A stretch of DNA of 64,000 bases from Candidatus Sumerlaeales bacterium (GTDB lineage Bacteria; Sumerlaeota; Sumerlaeia; Sumerlaeales; Sumerlaeaceae). The stretch lies in NCBI GenBank assembly GCA_036675025.1, contig JAKFFN010000055.1, positions 10,752 through 74,751 on the forward strand, in the 5' to 3' direction. The notes below the pieces were generated by a model. That model did no database searches. It saw only the letters and a list, made by a program, of their open reading frames with translations, and was not told the DNA's origin. Shown one piece after another: positions 39,818 through 49,636 of this stretch (its first letter is position 1; each line of letters opens with the position of its first letter). The position numbers were made by a program, and so were the translations under genes.

Positions 39818-40432
39818 TTAGTTCTTGGCCAGGTGCACGCCACAGCCATACGGCTTGGTTTTAGTCGTAGCAGGAACCTCGCCTTTACTGGCCGCTTCCA
39901 CGGCCTGTGCTACGTAGTTCGTTGCAGAGGCGTCTTTCGACACGTCGGGAGATGGATTGTCATTTAACGCGCCGTCATAAACGACGTTGCCTTCCTTATT
40001 GATCACAAACATATGAGGAGTCGTTTTCGCTCCCAATGCCCTGGCAATGGTTCCCGAGGTATCAACCAGCGTCGGATACGTAATGCTGTACTTGTCAGAA
40101 ACGGCTTTGGAGTCCGCTGCGGTATTATAGTGTCCGCTATTAACCGCCAGGTAAACTCCGCCCTTGTCCTGCACGCTCTTTGCAAGGTTCTGCATGATCT
40201 TTTGCTCATATCGGGGAACCATAAATGGACAGCCTGATTTACCCGTTACCGGGCTTCCAGGATTAGTAAACTCCAGCACCACAACCTTGCCGTTGTAATC
40301 AGATAGCGAGTGTGTTTTGCCCTCTGCATCCTGGCCGCTGAATTCTGGAGCCTTTTTCAAATCCTGGGCCGGTGCAAGGGCTAGAAGAGAGAAGATAGAT
40401 ACTGCACCAAGGGTACGTTGAAGCACTTTCAT
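39818..40432 (-). CDS. secreted redoxin/AhpC-TSA-fold protein
   Basis: Signal 'MKVLQRTLGAVSIFSLLALAPAQ' and the redoxin context 'KVVVLEFTNPGSPVTGKSGCPF'. Confidence 0.7.
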   Translation of the reverse strand: MKVLQRTLGAVSIFSLLALAPAQDLKKAPEFSGQDAEGKTHSLSDYNGKVVVLEFTNPGSPVTGKSGCPFMVPRYEQKIMQNLAKSVQDKGGVYLAVNSGHYNTAADSKAVSDKYSITYPTLVDTSGTIARALGAKTTPHMFVINKEGNVVYDGALNDNPSPDVSKDASATNYVAQAVEAASKGEVPATTKTKPYGCGVHLAKN

Positions 40433-40500
40433 AGAGGTGTCCTCCTGGACTGTATTAAACTGTAACTATCCCCGCTAGTTTGAGGGTGAAAAGAGAATGC

Positions 40501-41586
40501 ATGTTCCGTGACATCCGCATGGCAGGTACGATTTCCATAAGGGGCATTTTCCTGTGCTGCGTGTTAAGTATGTTTGTTTTATCAGGCCTGGTGGCTCAGA
40601 AACCACCTGTTGTCCTGGAACAACGGCTGCTTCGGGTGGAAGCCCCTGCCGAAAATGAGAAGTATGCAAAATCCGTCCTCAGTCATGCCACCGCTGCTCT
40701 ACGTATCGTAAATGATCAGGCTGGCGAGGCCATGCACATTCCCATTACGTTTGAAGTAGTCCCTACCGAGAAGGAATTTCTGACCCGGGCCGGTGGAGTT
40801 GGCGAAAACTCCCTGGCAGTATCTCTTGGCGGTCAGGCACGGGTGCTCATCAGTCGGCCTGCTATGGCTGAATCCGGCTCTGACAAGATCAGGCAGGTGC
40901 TTGTTCATGAGCTGGCTCATGTATACCTGGACGCCAAAACAGCGGCTCCAGTGCCGCGCTGGGTGCATGAGGGCGTAGCGCAGGCGCTGGCGGGGGAATG
41001 GGCAGACGCACCCAGTGAGGGAAGAATGGCCATAGCCGCCTACACCGGCGGGCTCATTCCGCTCCGTAACCTCATAAATGGTTTTCCCTCGGATCAAACC
41101 CGGCGAGACATGGCCTACGCCCAATCCTACTCCGTGGTCAGATACCTTGTAAGAAATGACTTCGGCAATTCCCTGGCGCTCTTTCTACGCGCGATACGCG
41201 GCGAAGAGGGTAAAGATTACCTCAAGTCTTTGTCAGGCGGGATTCACCTGGAATCAGTAGATTACCGATGGAGGTCAGAGCTCCGGCACCCACGCTTCCT
41301 GTTTACCATAGTTCTCAGTAGCGGCTTTTTATGGGGTGCTGCTGCTCTGCTACTGCTGTTTGCCTACGTAGTAAAACGCCGACGCTCAAAGGTCCTGCGT
41401 CAGCAGTGGGCGCGCGAGGAGATGCTCGCCGCCGAATACGGGTCAATGACCGTCCCCCATGATACACGCGAAACATGGGACCCGGAAACAGAATCAGAAT
41501 TCGTTGATTACGTCGAATCAGATGAGTCATATCTCGCCGATGATGAGCCGGAAGATTCGACCGGTGATGATACCAGGTGGAGGTAG
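40501..41586 (+). CDS. membrane-anchored Peptidase_MA-like metalloprotein (HExxH)
   Basis: 'VLVHELAHVYLD' plus 'WVHEGVAQAL', a later TM segment and an acidic C-terminal tail. The start is uncertain (40480-40519). Confidence 0.55.
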   Translation: MFRDIRMAGTISIRGIFLCCVLSMFVLSGLVAQKPPVVLEQRLLRVEAPAENEKYAKSVLSHATAALRIVNDQAGEAMHIPITFEVVPTEKEFLTRAGGVGENSLAVSLGGQARVLISRPAMAESGSDKIRQVLVHELAHVYLDAKTAAPVPRWVHEGVAQALAGEWADAPSEGRMAIAAYTGGLIPLRNLINGFPSDQTRRDMAYAQSYSVVRYLVRNDFGNSLALFLRAIRGEEGKDYLKSLSGGIHLESVDYRWRSELRHPRFLFTIVLSSGFLWGAAALLLLFAYVVKRRRSKVLRQQWAREEMLAAEYGSMTVPHDTRETWDPETESEFVDYVESDESYLADDEPEDSTGDDTRWR

Positions 41587-41592
41587 CGAGTC

Positions 41593-42018
41593 ATGGCATT
41601 TTCTGAGCATTCACCCAGAACGCGTGATCCAAAACTCCTGCTGCGCGAAATGGACGCGACTTTGCGCATCCGCGAAATTGAAAAGGTTCACCGTTGCCGT
41701 GAACGCATCCAGGGGCGCTGGTACGACAGCGGAGTCGCTGCACTTCTATTTGTATCCGGGCTCGGGATCCTCATTACCGTGTTTAGAATCATTCCGGCAT
41801 CCACCGATTTGCTCTTCTGGTTTGTGTTCGGCTGGGTAGCGCTGTTTATCCTGTCGCTCATCGCCACCCTCGAGGTCCTGCACTCAAAAACCCTCGCTCT
41901 GCGTGAGCTCTGCGATTGGCAGGCGCGAGAACTCTCCGAACTCAGTCAGCAGGTAAACCGGCTATCGCACCAGCAGTCCATCGTGCAGCAATCTGTTCCG
42001 GGAGACAGACAGGGCTAA
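41593..42018 (+). CDS. hypothetical 2-TM membrane protein
   Basis: 141-aa ORF starting 7 nt after the previous stop, so likely co-transcribed. It has two hydrophobic helices and a coiled-coil-like C-terminus. Confidence 0.45.
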   Translation: MAFSEHSPRTRDPKLLLREMDATLRIREIEKVHRCRERIQGRWYDSGVAALLFVSGLGILITVFRIIPASTDLLFWFVFGWVALFILSLIATLEVLHSKTLALRELCDWQARELSELSQQVNRLSHQQSIVQQSVPGDRQG

Positions 42019-42021
42019 GAT

Positions 42022-43176
42022 CTAAAACTCACCATTTGGCAGGGTGAATCCGGCCATGGCCGGCGGAGTTATGGCCTCATCGCCAAAAGACGTCCCGATA
42101 GCCCGCGCCGATTTGACAATCGGATGATCCACCGGCACCTTCCGCAGCTGTTTTACAGAATCCTTCAGCGGAACAGAAACAAAATCCCCACACCTGTAGC
42201 TCGCCATCATTCCCCACTGGCCCGCAAGTGCAAGGCATGCCGCCGTATGTCCAAAACCAGTCGATAGCAGTCGATCCTGCGCACTCGGGGTGCCGCCCCG
42301 TTGGATGTGGCCAAGTACCGTCGCGCGAGCCTCTACGCCAGTAGTGGTCTCTATTTCATCAGCAAGCCGCTGCGCAATACCGCCCAATCGGATTGGATCT
42401 GGACTGCTCGCAATCACCTTGCTGACCGTCAGTTCGCCGCCCAGAGCTTTCGCTCCCTCAGCCACTGCAATAATACTGAACCGCTTGCCGACTTGCGATC
42501 TATCTTTAATCACCTGGCAGATAGATTCCATTGTATAAGGAATTTCCGGTATCAGTATCACGTCAGATCCGCTGGCCACTCCAGAGTAGAGCGTAAGCCA
42601 CCCCGCATAGCGCCCCATAATTTCCACAACCATGGCCCTGTGGTGGCTCATGGCAGTCGAGTGCAGACGGTCGATGCACTCCGTCGCTATCTGCACCGCA
42701 GTATCAAAACCAAAAGTTACATCTGTAGCAGCCAGATCGTTATCGATAGTTTTCGGGACCCCGATGCACTTAAGGCCCTTCTCATCCATAAGCCGTGTCG
42801 CCATGCTCATGGATCCATCACCGCCAATGACGATCAAGCCTTCCAGCTTTAGCTCCGCCATGACTTCGACAACGCGGTCGGAATAGTCCTCAGGCGGCTC
42901 TCCGTTTACCTGGTGAGAAGTTGGACTCCACATGAAGGGGTTGTCGCGGTTGCTGGAACCAAGCATTGTTCCCCCGGTGGTAAGTACGCCGGACAGATCG
43001 CAGTTAGTCAACCGCCGCCAACGGCGTTCAAGTATTCCTAGAAAGCCATCTTCGAAACCAACTACTTCGTGACCGTGACCGATAATCGTCTTTCCCACAG
43101 CTCGAAGCACTGCGTTTAATCCAGGGCAATCACCACCGGCCGTAAGAATACCGAAACGTCGCTTCCCTGTAGTCAT
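42022..43176 (-). CDS. pfk: 6-phosphofructokinase (ATP- vs PPi-dependence not resolved)
   Basis: 'FGILTAGGDCPGLNAV', 'IGGDGS', 'GVPKTIDNDL' and 'MGRYAG'. The start 'MTTGKRRFG' is preceded by GGAGG. Confidence 0.9.
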   Translation of the reverse strand: MTTGKRRFGILTAGGDCPGLNAVLRAVGKTIIGHGHEVVGFEDGFLGILERRWRRLTNCDLSGVLTTGGTMLGSSNRDNPFMWSPTSHQVNGEPPEDYSDRVVEVMAELKLEGLIVIGGDGSMSMATRLMDEKGLKCIGVPKTIDNDLAATDVTFGFDTAVQIATECIDRLHSTAMSHHRAMVVEIMGRYAGWLTLYSGVASGSDVILIPEIPYTMESICQVIKDRSQVGKRFSIIAVAEGAKALGGELTVSKVIASSPDPIRLGGIAQRLADEIETTTGVEARATVLGHIQRGGTPSAQDRLLSTGFGHTAACLALAGQWGMMASYRCGDFVSVPLKDSVKQLRKVPVDHPIVKSARAIGTSFGDEAITPPAMAGFTLPNGEF

Positions 43177-43195
43177 TGCTATCCTCCAAGTTGGA

Positions 43196-46100
43196 TCAGG
43201 AAAAAGTTTCAATCTTATTACGGGCAAATTTACGTCCGGATTCAAGTGCCTCATGCAACTTTTGAGGATCCTTGGCTCCGGCCATGGCCATTTCTGCCTT
43301 GCCGCCGCCGCTACCGCCTGCCACCTGCGCAGCCTGGCGGATGATATCGCCCGCAGCAAGGCCACGCGCCGCCACATCTTTGCTGGCACCAGCAATCAGC
43401 GCAACCTTCCCATCAACTACCGATCCAAGCAAAGCGAACAGGTTCTCAGGCTGACGCGACTTCATCGCATCGTACGCATCACGCAGGCCCTTGGCATCAA
43501 CCCCGGAAAACTGGTGAACCACCAGCTTAACCCCGTTAATTGTCTCTGCTTTCGCCAGCACATCCGCTGCGTCAGCACCGCTTGATGCAGCCTGCATCTT
43601 GCTGAGTTCACGCCGCGCGTTTTTCAGTTCTTCCTGCAGCGACGCAATTCGCTCACTGACTTTCGCCCGGGGAACCTTAAGGTCCTCCGCCAGTTTCTTG
43701 AGGGTCTGCCGTTCCAACTGGATCAGTTCCACAGCTGCCCGGCCGGTTACGGCCTCAATGCGCCGGACCCCAGCCGACACCGCACTCTCTGAAACTATAA
43801 GAACCGGTCCCGTCTCGCCAGTAGAAAGCAAGTGCGTACCGCCGCAAAACTCGGTGTCCCACTGCGGGATATCCACCACACGTACCCTTTGCCCATACTT
43901 TTCGCCAAACGGCGCGATTATGCCAGGCAGCTCACGGGCTTCCTCCAGGCTCATCCAGGTGATCTGCAGGGCCACGTCATCCATCACCTGCTCGTTCACC
44001 AGTTTTTCAATCTCAGCCAGCGCGTCCGCGCTTACTGCATCCGGATTCGTAAAGTCAAACCGCAGGTAATCCGGCCCCACGTATGAACCTTGCTGCGTAA
44101 CGTGCGTACCTACCACCCGCTTCAGCGCCCCTTGCAGGATATGGGTAGCTGTATGGTTCCGCATGATGTCCATGCGTCGTTCCACATCAATACCGGCATC
44201 AAGCACGCTATCCAGAGAGAGCGCCCCGTTTTCTACCGTTCCAAAGTGCACATAGATTTCATCGGCCGACTTATGTACGTCATACACTCGCACCCGGCAG
44301 TTGCCTTCGGTCAGCCATCCTGTATCTGCAACCTGGCCGCCAGACTCCGCATAAAACGGCGTCTGGTCCAAAACAAGCGCCACATCGTCACCCGCAGTAG
44401 CTTCAGATACAGCTTTGCCATCCTTATAAATGCCGAGCACCATGATGTTTGGCACTGTAGCTACAGGATAGGCGCCGGAGAAAAAATCATCTTCGTCCAT
44501 CGCGTCGATGATCTCTTCGTCAGACGGAAAATCATCAGGCATATCGAAAGGCAGATCGTCTTCGTTGGCATCGATGAAGCCCTCAAAGTCGTCGTCTTTC
44601 CCCTTCATCTTCCCAAACAAATCCGAAATGCTGTTTTGAAAGTTCTGAAATTCCTTCGACTTAAACAACGTTTCCATGTCCTCTGCGTTATCAGGACCTT
44701 CATCGTCGTCACTGTCGTCATAATCCCCATCTTCCAGCTCCAGGCCCTCCAGCGATCCCTCGGGATCCAGCATGTTCTGGAGCATTTCCATAGCCTGTGG
44801 GCCGCTCTCTTCCGGATATCCGAGAAACGCCGTCGGCCCATGTTCCAGGCTGATGACCTTAAGGTATTCTGTCAGGTCAGCCAGCTTGGTACCTTTGCTG
44901 GTTTGTCTGCTGATTTCCTGGTGTTCAGCCACATGCTTCTTATAAGATTCCATATCGATGCTGAAACCACGCTCAGTCGCGATTTCCAGTATATCGTCCA
45001 GCGGAAGTCCATACGTTGCCGTCAGCTGAAAAACGTCAGCGCCACTAATCTGCGGCGTTGAGCTTCCGGCGGTCGACAGCAGTGAGTCCAGCCGGGTCAG
45101 CCCGGCTCCAAGAGTCTGTACATACGCATTTTCTTCTGTGCGGATAACTTTGCGCAGGTGTTCCGGCGAACGTTTCAGTTCCGGGTATGTGTCTCCCATC
45201 ACCCGGATCACTGTATCCACCAGCTGCTCCATAAATGGCTCTTCCTTGCCGGCTCGTCGGGCATATCGAGCCGCACGCCGCAGCAGCCTGCGCATTACAT
45301 AGCCGCGGCCTTCATTGCCTGGAAGTATGCCCTCGCTGATGACAAACGTCAGTGCGCGCATGTGGTCCGCTACCACGTTTACTGCCTGCTGCAACTCAAG
45401 GGGAGCTTTTTGGTACTCGCCCACTCCCATAAGTTCAGCCGCATGTTCCACAATGGGAAGCAGCAGATCAGTCGTATAAGGGCTTTCTTTCTCCTGCACA
45501 AGGCAGCACAGGCGTTCAAGCCCCATGCCCGTATCCACGCCACGGTTTTTCAGCGGCGGACGGCTCCCGTCCTTCTGCTGATCGAATTGCGGAAATACAC
45601 AGTTCCAGAATTCCAGGAACCGGCTGCCCGGATCGTCATCGTTAATCGTCGCATGCTGAAAAGTTAAGCCGGCGCCATACTTTTCGCCGCGATCGTAGTA
45701 TAGCTCGCTACACGGGCCGCACGCACCCGTTTCACCGGCAGGGCCCCAGAAATTATCCCTCGCCCCCAGGCGCACCATGCGCTCTTCCGGCATTCCAATT
45801 TCTTTGGTCCAGATGTCCCACGCTTCGTCGTCATCTTCGTAAACGCTCGCATAAATCCGGCTTGGATCAAGCTTCACAACCTGCGTTGAGAACTCCCAGG
45901 CCCACGTCAGCGCTTCCCGCTTAAAATAATCGCCAAATGAGAAGTTGCCCAGCATCTCGAAGAACGTATGGTGGCGAAGCGTGCGGCCCACGTTTTCCAG
46001 GTCGCTGCCTTTGCCGCCGGCGCGCATACACTTCTGTACGCTACAGGCGCGGCGATATGGCAACTCTCCACTGCCCGCATAAAGCGGCTTGAACTGGACC

Positions 46101-46225
46101 ATTCCCGCCGTGGTAAAGAGCAGCGTCGGGTCATCCGGCGGCACCAGGGGCGATGATCCAACAACCTTATGGTCGCGCTGGGAGAAAAAATCGAGGTAGG
46201 CTTTACGTATCTGCTGGGCTTTCAT
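43196..46225 (-). CDS. alaS: alanine--tRNA ligase with internal acidic insertion
   Basis: 'FTTAGMVQFKP', 'HHTFFEMLGNFSFGDYFK', 'VLDQTPFYAESGGQ' and the editing-site 'HTATHIL'/'CGGTH'. 1009 aa. Confidence 0.95.
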   Translation of the reverse strand: MKAQQIRKAYLDFFSQRDHKVVGSSPLVPPDDPTLLFTTAGMVQFKPLYAGSGELPYRRACSVQKCMRAGGKGSDLENVGRTLRHHTFFEMLGNFSFGDYFKREALTWAWEFSTQVVKLDPSRIYASVYEDDDEAWDIWTKEIGMPEERMVRLGARDNFWGPAGETGACGPCSELYYDRGEKYGAGLTFQHATINDDDPGSRFLEFWNCVFPQFDQQKDGSRPPLKNRGVDTGMGLERLCCLVQEKESPYTTDLLLPIVEHAAELMGVGEYQKAPLELQQAVNVVADHMRALTFVISEGILPGNEGRGYVMRRLLRRAARYARRAGKEEPFMEQLVDTVIRVMGDTYPELKRSPEHLRKVIRTEENAYVQTLGAGLTRLDSLLSTAGSSTPQISGADVFQLTATYGLPLDDILEIATERGFSIDMESYKKHVAEHQEISRQTSKGTKLADLTEYLKVISLEHGPTAFLGYPEESGPQAMEMLQNMLDPEGSLEGLELEDGDYDDSDDDEGPDNAEDMETLFKSKEFQNFQNSISDLFGKMKGKDDDFEGFIDANEDDLPFDMPDDFPSDEEIIDAMDEDDFFSGAYPVATVPNIMVLGIYKDGKAVSEATAGDDVALVLDQTPFYAESGGQVADTGWLTEGNCRVRVYDVHKSADEIYVHFGTVENGALSLDSVLDAGIDVERRMDIMRNHTATHILQGALKRVVGTHVTQQGSYVGPDYLRFDFTNPDAVSADALAEIEKLVNEQVMDDVALQITWMSLEEARELPGIIAPFGEKYGQRVRVVDIPQWDTEFCGGTHLLSTGETGPVLIVSESAVSAGVRRIEAVTGRAAVELIQLERQTLKKLAEDLKVPRAKVSERIASLQEELKNARRELSKMQAASSGADAADVLAKAETINGVKLVVHQFSGVDAKGLRDAYDAMKSRQPENLFALLGSVVDGKVALIAGASKDVAARGLAAGDIIRQAAQVAGGSGGGKAEMAMAGAKDPQKLHEALESGRKFARNKIETFS

Positions 46226-46362
46226 ATCACCGGTTCTGACATACTGATTTCAGCTTTCTTCATGGGAAAACAGGCCATTATATTAATACAATTCAATTTA
46301 CCATAAATCCCGCACAGTTTCACGGATTGATAGCGAACTTCCTGGCATAGCAAAGCATTGTT

Positions 46363-47160
46363 TCAGCCGTTTAGATCGCGCCTCGTAAAAACTCCATAAG
46401 CGATACCTAGGAATGCCACCGAACTTGCCAGGCTGGTAATCAGCAGCAGGTGCATGTTATCCTGGTTCCACGACTCCGGAATTCCGCTGGCGATGCTGTT
46501 GCCAATCCCGATCGCGTCGTCATAGTAGCTGCTGAAAACGTAATCATCCACGTTGCGCACCAGGGCTTGGGCAGTGTACATAAACATAACCAGTCCCACC
46601 GCCACCCCGATAGCTGTCGCCACACTGCGAGATAACACACTTACAAGCAGCGCGAAACACACGGTAGCAGCATGCGGCAGATACGTCAGGCCAAGGGCAA
46701 TCCCAAAGATCGCCAGTTGCCCCGACGCCGGCGGCAGGTCCAGCCCTTCGTCGAATGAGTTGGTTAGGGGGTAACTGGCGGCTATTGGCAGCGCCACAAT
46801 CAGGTTTGCAGCAAACATCAGCACCAGGTAAATTAGCCCGGTAATTAGCTTCGCATGTAGAAAATGGGAGCGGTAAATCGGCCGGGGCAGCAGCATTCGC
46901 AGGCTTCCACGACTCGTCTCCGACGCAATTAAGGTCGACGCAAACACTGTTGAAAATATAGGGATTATGGAGGTCGAAACAAGGTTCAGGTTGAAAGTTA
47001 GGTAAACTCGCGAGCTGAGTTCGCCGGGTGCCCCCAGCCGTTCAACCGTATGCTTCGCCATAAAGGCCGTCAGCGCACTTAAGGCCAATCCCATCCAGGG
47101 CAGCTTCAGCCGCACGGCTTTTGTAAACTCTGCTGATATGAGGCGGGTCAGGGCGGCCAT
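46363..47160 (-). CDS. ABC-2 type transporter permease (no adjacent ATPase)
   Basis: Six TM segments and 'ASETSRGSLRMLLPRPI', typical of ABC-2 permeases. Confidence 0.55.
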   Translation of the reverse strand: MAALTRLISAEFTKAVRLKLPWMGLALSALTAFMAKHTVERLGAPGELSSRVYLTFNLNLVSTSIIPIFSTVFASTLIASETSRGSLRMLLPRPIYRSHFLHAKLITGLIYLVLMFAANLIVALPIAASYPLTNSFDEGLDLPPASGQLAIFGIALGLTYLPHAATVCFALLVSVLSRSVATAIGVAVGLVMFMYTAQALVRNVDDYVFSSYYDDAIGIGNSIASGIPESWNQDNMHLLLITSLASSVAFLGIAYGVFTRRDLNG

Positions 47161-47319
47161 TGCTTATCCGTGAAGTACCTCGCTTTTGCATATCTTGTTT
47201 GTAAAGGGGGAAAGCAAATGAACGGCCAAAGAAATCCGCAGTAAGATCAATGGCAGGAATGATCCCTCATGTTTTCTGTTGATACCATCGGCAGCCAGAA
47301 GGCTCATGAGGTTAAGACC

Positions 47320-48111
47320 ATGATTGATACACATTCACACATCCACGGACGGGAATTTATTGAAGACTTCCCGGAAATGCTAAAGCGAGCGCAGGACGCC
47401 GGTGTCGAGCGTGTGGCTCTGGTTGGCGTTCACATGGAAGATACCGACCGTGCGCTTGCAGTTGCCCAGGCTAACCCACATTGCTACGTTGTAGCCGGAG
47501 TTCATCCTCATGAAGCGAAGCTTTGGAATCAGGCTGCTTGCGAAACGCTCAAGGGGCAGATCACGGCCAACCGCGATCATGTGGTGGCAGTAGGGGAGAT
47601 GGGACTCGACTATCATTATGATTTTGCTCCGAAAGACGATCAGCGCAAAGCATTCCTTGGGCAGCTGAACCTTGCCCGCGAACTGGACCTGCCAATCGTC
47701 ATCCACTGCCGTGAGGCTTATGATGACTGTCTCGAGATTCTGAAAGACTTTTACGTTGATGCACCGGCCGACCCTGCCAGGCCGCGGGGCGTACTGCATT
47801 GCTGGTTTGGCACCCTGGCACAGGCAAGTGAGTCTGTGGCGCTCGGTTTTATGCTCGGCATAGGCGGAGCCTGCACCTTTAAGAAAGCAGACGAACTCCA
47901 TCGCGTTGTCTCAGAAATTCCCCTTGAACACTTCGTGCTGGAAACCGATGCCCCCTATATGGCGCCCGTACCCTACCGCGGAAAACGCAACGAACCCGCA
48001 TTCCTAACCCACGTAGTAGCCCGCATCGCAGAACTTAAAGGCATCATGCCCGCAGAAGTCGCCGAAATCACCACCGCCAACGCAAAGCGTCTTTATCGCT
48101 GGACAGACTAA
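47320..48111 (+). CDS. tatD: TatD family metal-dependent hydrolase
   Basis: 'MIDTHSHI', 'GEMGLDYHY', 'PIVIHCREA' and 'LETDAPYM'. Confidence 0.9.
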   Translation: MIDTHSHIHGREFIEDFPEMLKRAQDAGVERVALVGVHMEDTDRALAVAQANPHCYVVAGVHPHEAKLWNQAACETLKGQITANRDHVVAVGEMGLDYHYDFAPKDDQRKAFLGQLNLARELDLPIVIHCREAYDDCLEILKDFYVDAPADPARPRGVLHCWFGTLAQASESVALGFMLGIGGACTFKKADELHRVVSEIPLEHFVLETDAPYMAPVPYRGKRNEPAFLTHVVARIAELKGIMPAEVAEITTANAKRLYRWTD

Positions 48112-48253
48112 CCAAGGTGAACACCCGCAAAAACCCGCGCAGCACTGTTCGGCTGTCCGCGCAACGCCAAGTGCCGATAAAGCAGCACCTTCTTGAAGTG
48201 CGCCCGCTTGCTGGCGCTCTTGGAAAACTACTCATTGCCCCTCAATCTGCCCC

Positions 48254-49534
48254 ATGACACCTAACCTCACCCATCTCCCACGCTACACCGACTTCAACCC
48301 CCTCGTTCCCGTTTACTGTGCCACCCCCAACGATGGCCGCCTTATCCACCGCTTTTTTGATTCCAGCCCCCTCAGCCCCAGCGGCCGCTACCTCGCCCTC
48401 ACCCGCTTCCCTTTTGAAGATCGCTCTCCCAAACCCGGAGATACAGCCGAAGTCGTGCTTGTTAATCTGGAATCAGTTCACTTTACCACTATTGCCACTA
48501 CCGAGGCCTGGGGCTCACAACTTGGGGCCCAAGTTCAATGGGGAAGTAGCGATAATGACCTCTACTTCAATCAAATGGCCTCCGCCACCTTGCAGCCCCA
48601 TGGCATACGTTACAACGTGTCAACCGGCGAAAGCTACCCTCTCTGCGGCACCATCTACCACATATCACCCGATGGCAGCCATTCCGCCAGTCCATGCCTC
48701 CTCCGTACTTCCCGCACCCAGCTCGGCTACGGCGTCCTTGTGCCCGACAAACTCATTCCCGAAAACCACGGCGCCCCCACCGATGACGGGGTCTATGTCA
48801 CCGACACCAATACTGGCGACTCCCGCCTTCTCACGTCCATCCACTCTATCGTCTCCTCCGTCCCGTACTTGTCATCCGCAAACTACGCCGATGGCGACTT
48901 CTACGTTTTCCACACGAAGTGGAGCCCCGACGGCGAACGTATTATGGTCATCCTCCGCTGGACGCCGCGCCAGCCAAAACGCCGATTCTGGCAAAAGGCT
49001 AAACCCGCCAGCAAGAAGACCATGCGCAAGTTTGTCCTCACCATCGCCGCCGATGGCACCGATCCCCGCATTGCTATCACCGATGAGCTCTGGGCCCGCG
49101 GCGGCCATCACCCAAACTGGTGCCCCGACAGCCGCCATGTCATGATGAATCTGGATCTTAACGGTGATGGCCTACGGTTTGTGCAGGCAGATTTAGATGG
49201 CAAAACCATTAACCTGATGCACCCTACCGCCGGCGGCTCCGGACACCCGTCGCTCCACCCTAATGGCCGATTCCTTCTCACAGACGCCTACCCCGGCGAA
49301 CCCGCCAGCTACGGCGATGGCACCGTTCCCATCCGCTTCATTGACCTCCAGACAGGCGAAGAGAAGGTCATCGCCCGCATTAACTCCCGCCCCGCCTATG
49401 TAGGCGACCGCAAAGAAATGCGCCTCGACGCCCACCCCGCCTGGGATCGGTCCGGCAACTATATCATCTTTAATGGCTGTCCAACCGGCACACGCCAGGT
49501 CTTCATCGCGGACGTCACCTCCTTGGTGAGCTAA
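48254..49534 (+). CDS. beta-propeller (PD40/TolB-like repeat) protein, hypothetical
   Basis: Recurrent 'SP(D/S)G' blade motifs: 'SPSGRYLAL', 'SPDGSH', 'SPDGERIMV' and 'HPNGRFLL'. 426 aa with no signal peptide. Confidence 0.55.
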   Translation: MTPNLTHLPRYTDFNPLVPVYCATPNDGRLIHRFFDSSPLSPSGRYLALTRFPFEDRSPKPGDTAEVVLVNLESVHFTTIATTEAWGSQLGAQVQWGSSDNDLYFNQMASATLQPHGIRYNVSTGESYPLCGTIYHISPDGSHSASPCLLRTSRTQLGYGVLVPDKLIPENHGAPTDDGVYVTDTNTGDSRLLTSIHSIVSSVPYLSSANYADGDFYVFHTKWSPDGERIMVILRWTPRQPKRRFWQKAKPASKKTMRKFVLTIAADGTDPRIAITDELWARGGHHPNWCPDSRHVMMNLDLNGDGLRFVQADLDGKTINLMHPTAGGSGHPSLHPNGRFLLTDAYPGEPASYGDGTVPIRFIDLQTGEEKVIARINSRPAYVGDRKEMRLDAHPAWDRSGNYIIFNGCPTGTRQVFIADVTSLVS

Positions 49535-49565
49535 CACTAATGCCCACGTGTGCCACTCCGTCATA

Positions 49566-49608
49566 ACGCAAAACGGCAGCGCCGCTTCCGACGCTGCCAT
49601 AATATTTT
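49566..49608. terminator. bidirectional hairpin terminator between convergent genes
   Basis: GGCAGCG-N10-CGCTGCC flanked by A/T-rich runs on both sides. Confidence 0.6.
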
Positions 49609-49636
49609 GGCGCCTTTTGCGGCTAAACCAAATCTG

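Noticed and set aside
44090-45061. 323-aa plus-strand ORF
   Set aside because: It is antisense to alaS, whose frame carries all the canonical AlaRS motifs.
48318-49145. 275-aa P/A/S/T-rich ORF in the +1 frame of the beta-propeller gene
   Set aside because: It has no start context and a purely compositional sequence. It is explained by the C-rich codon usage of the real frame, which carries the PD40-like motifs.
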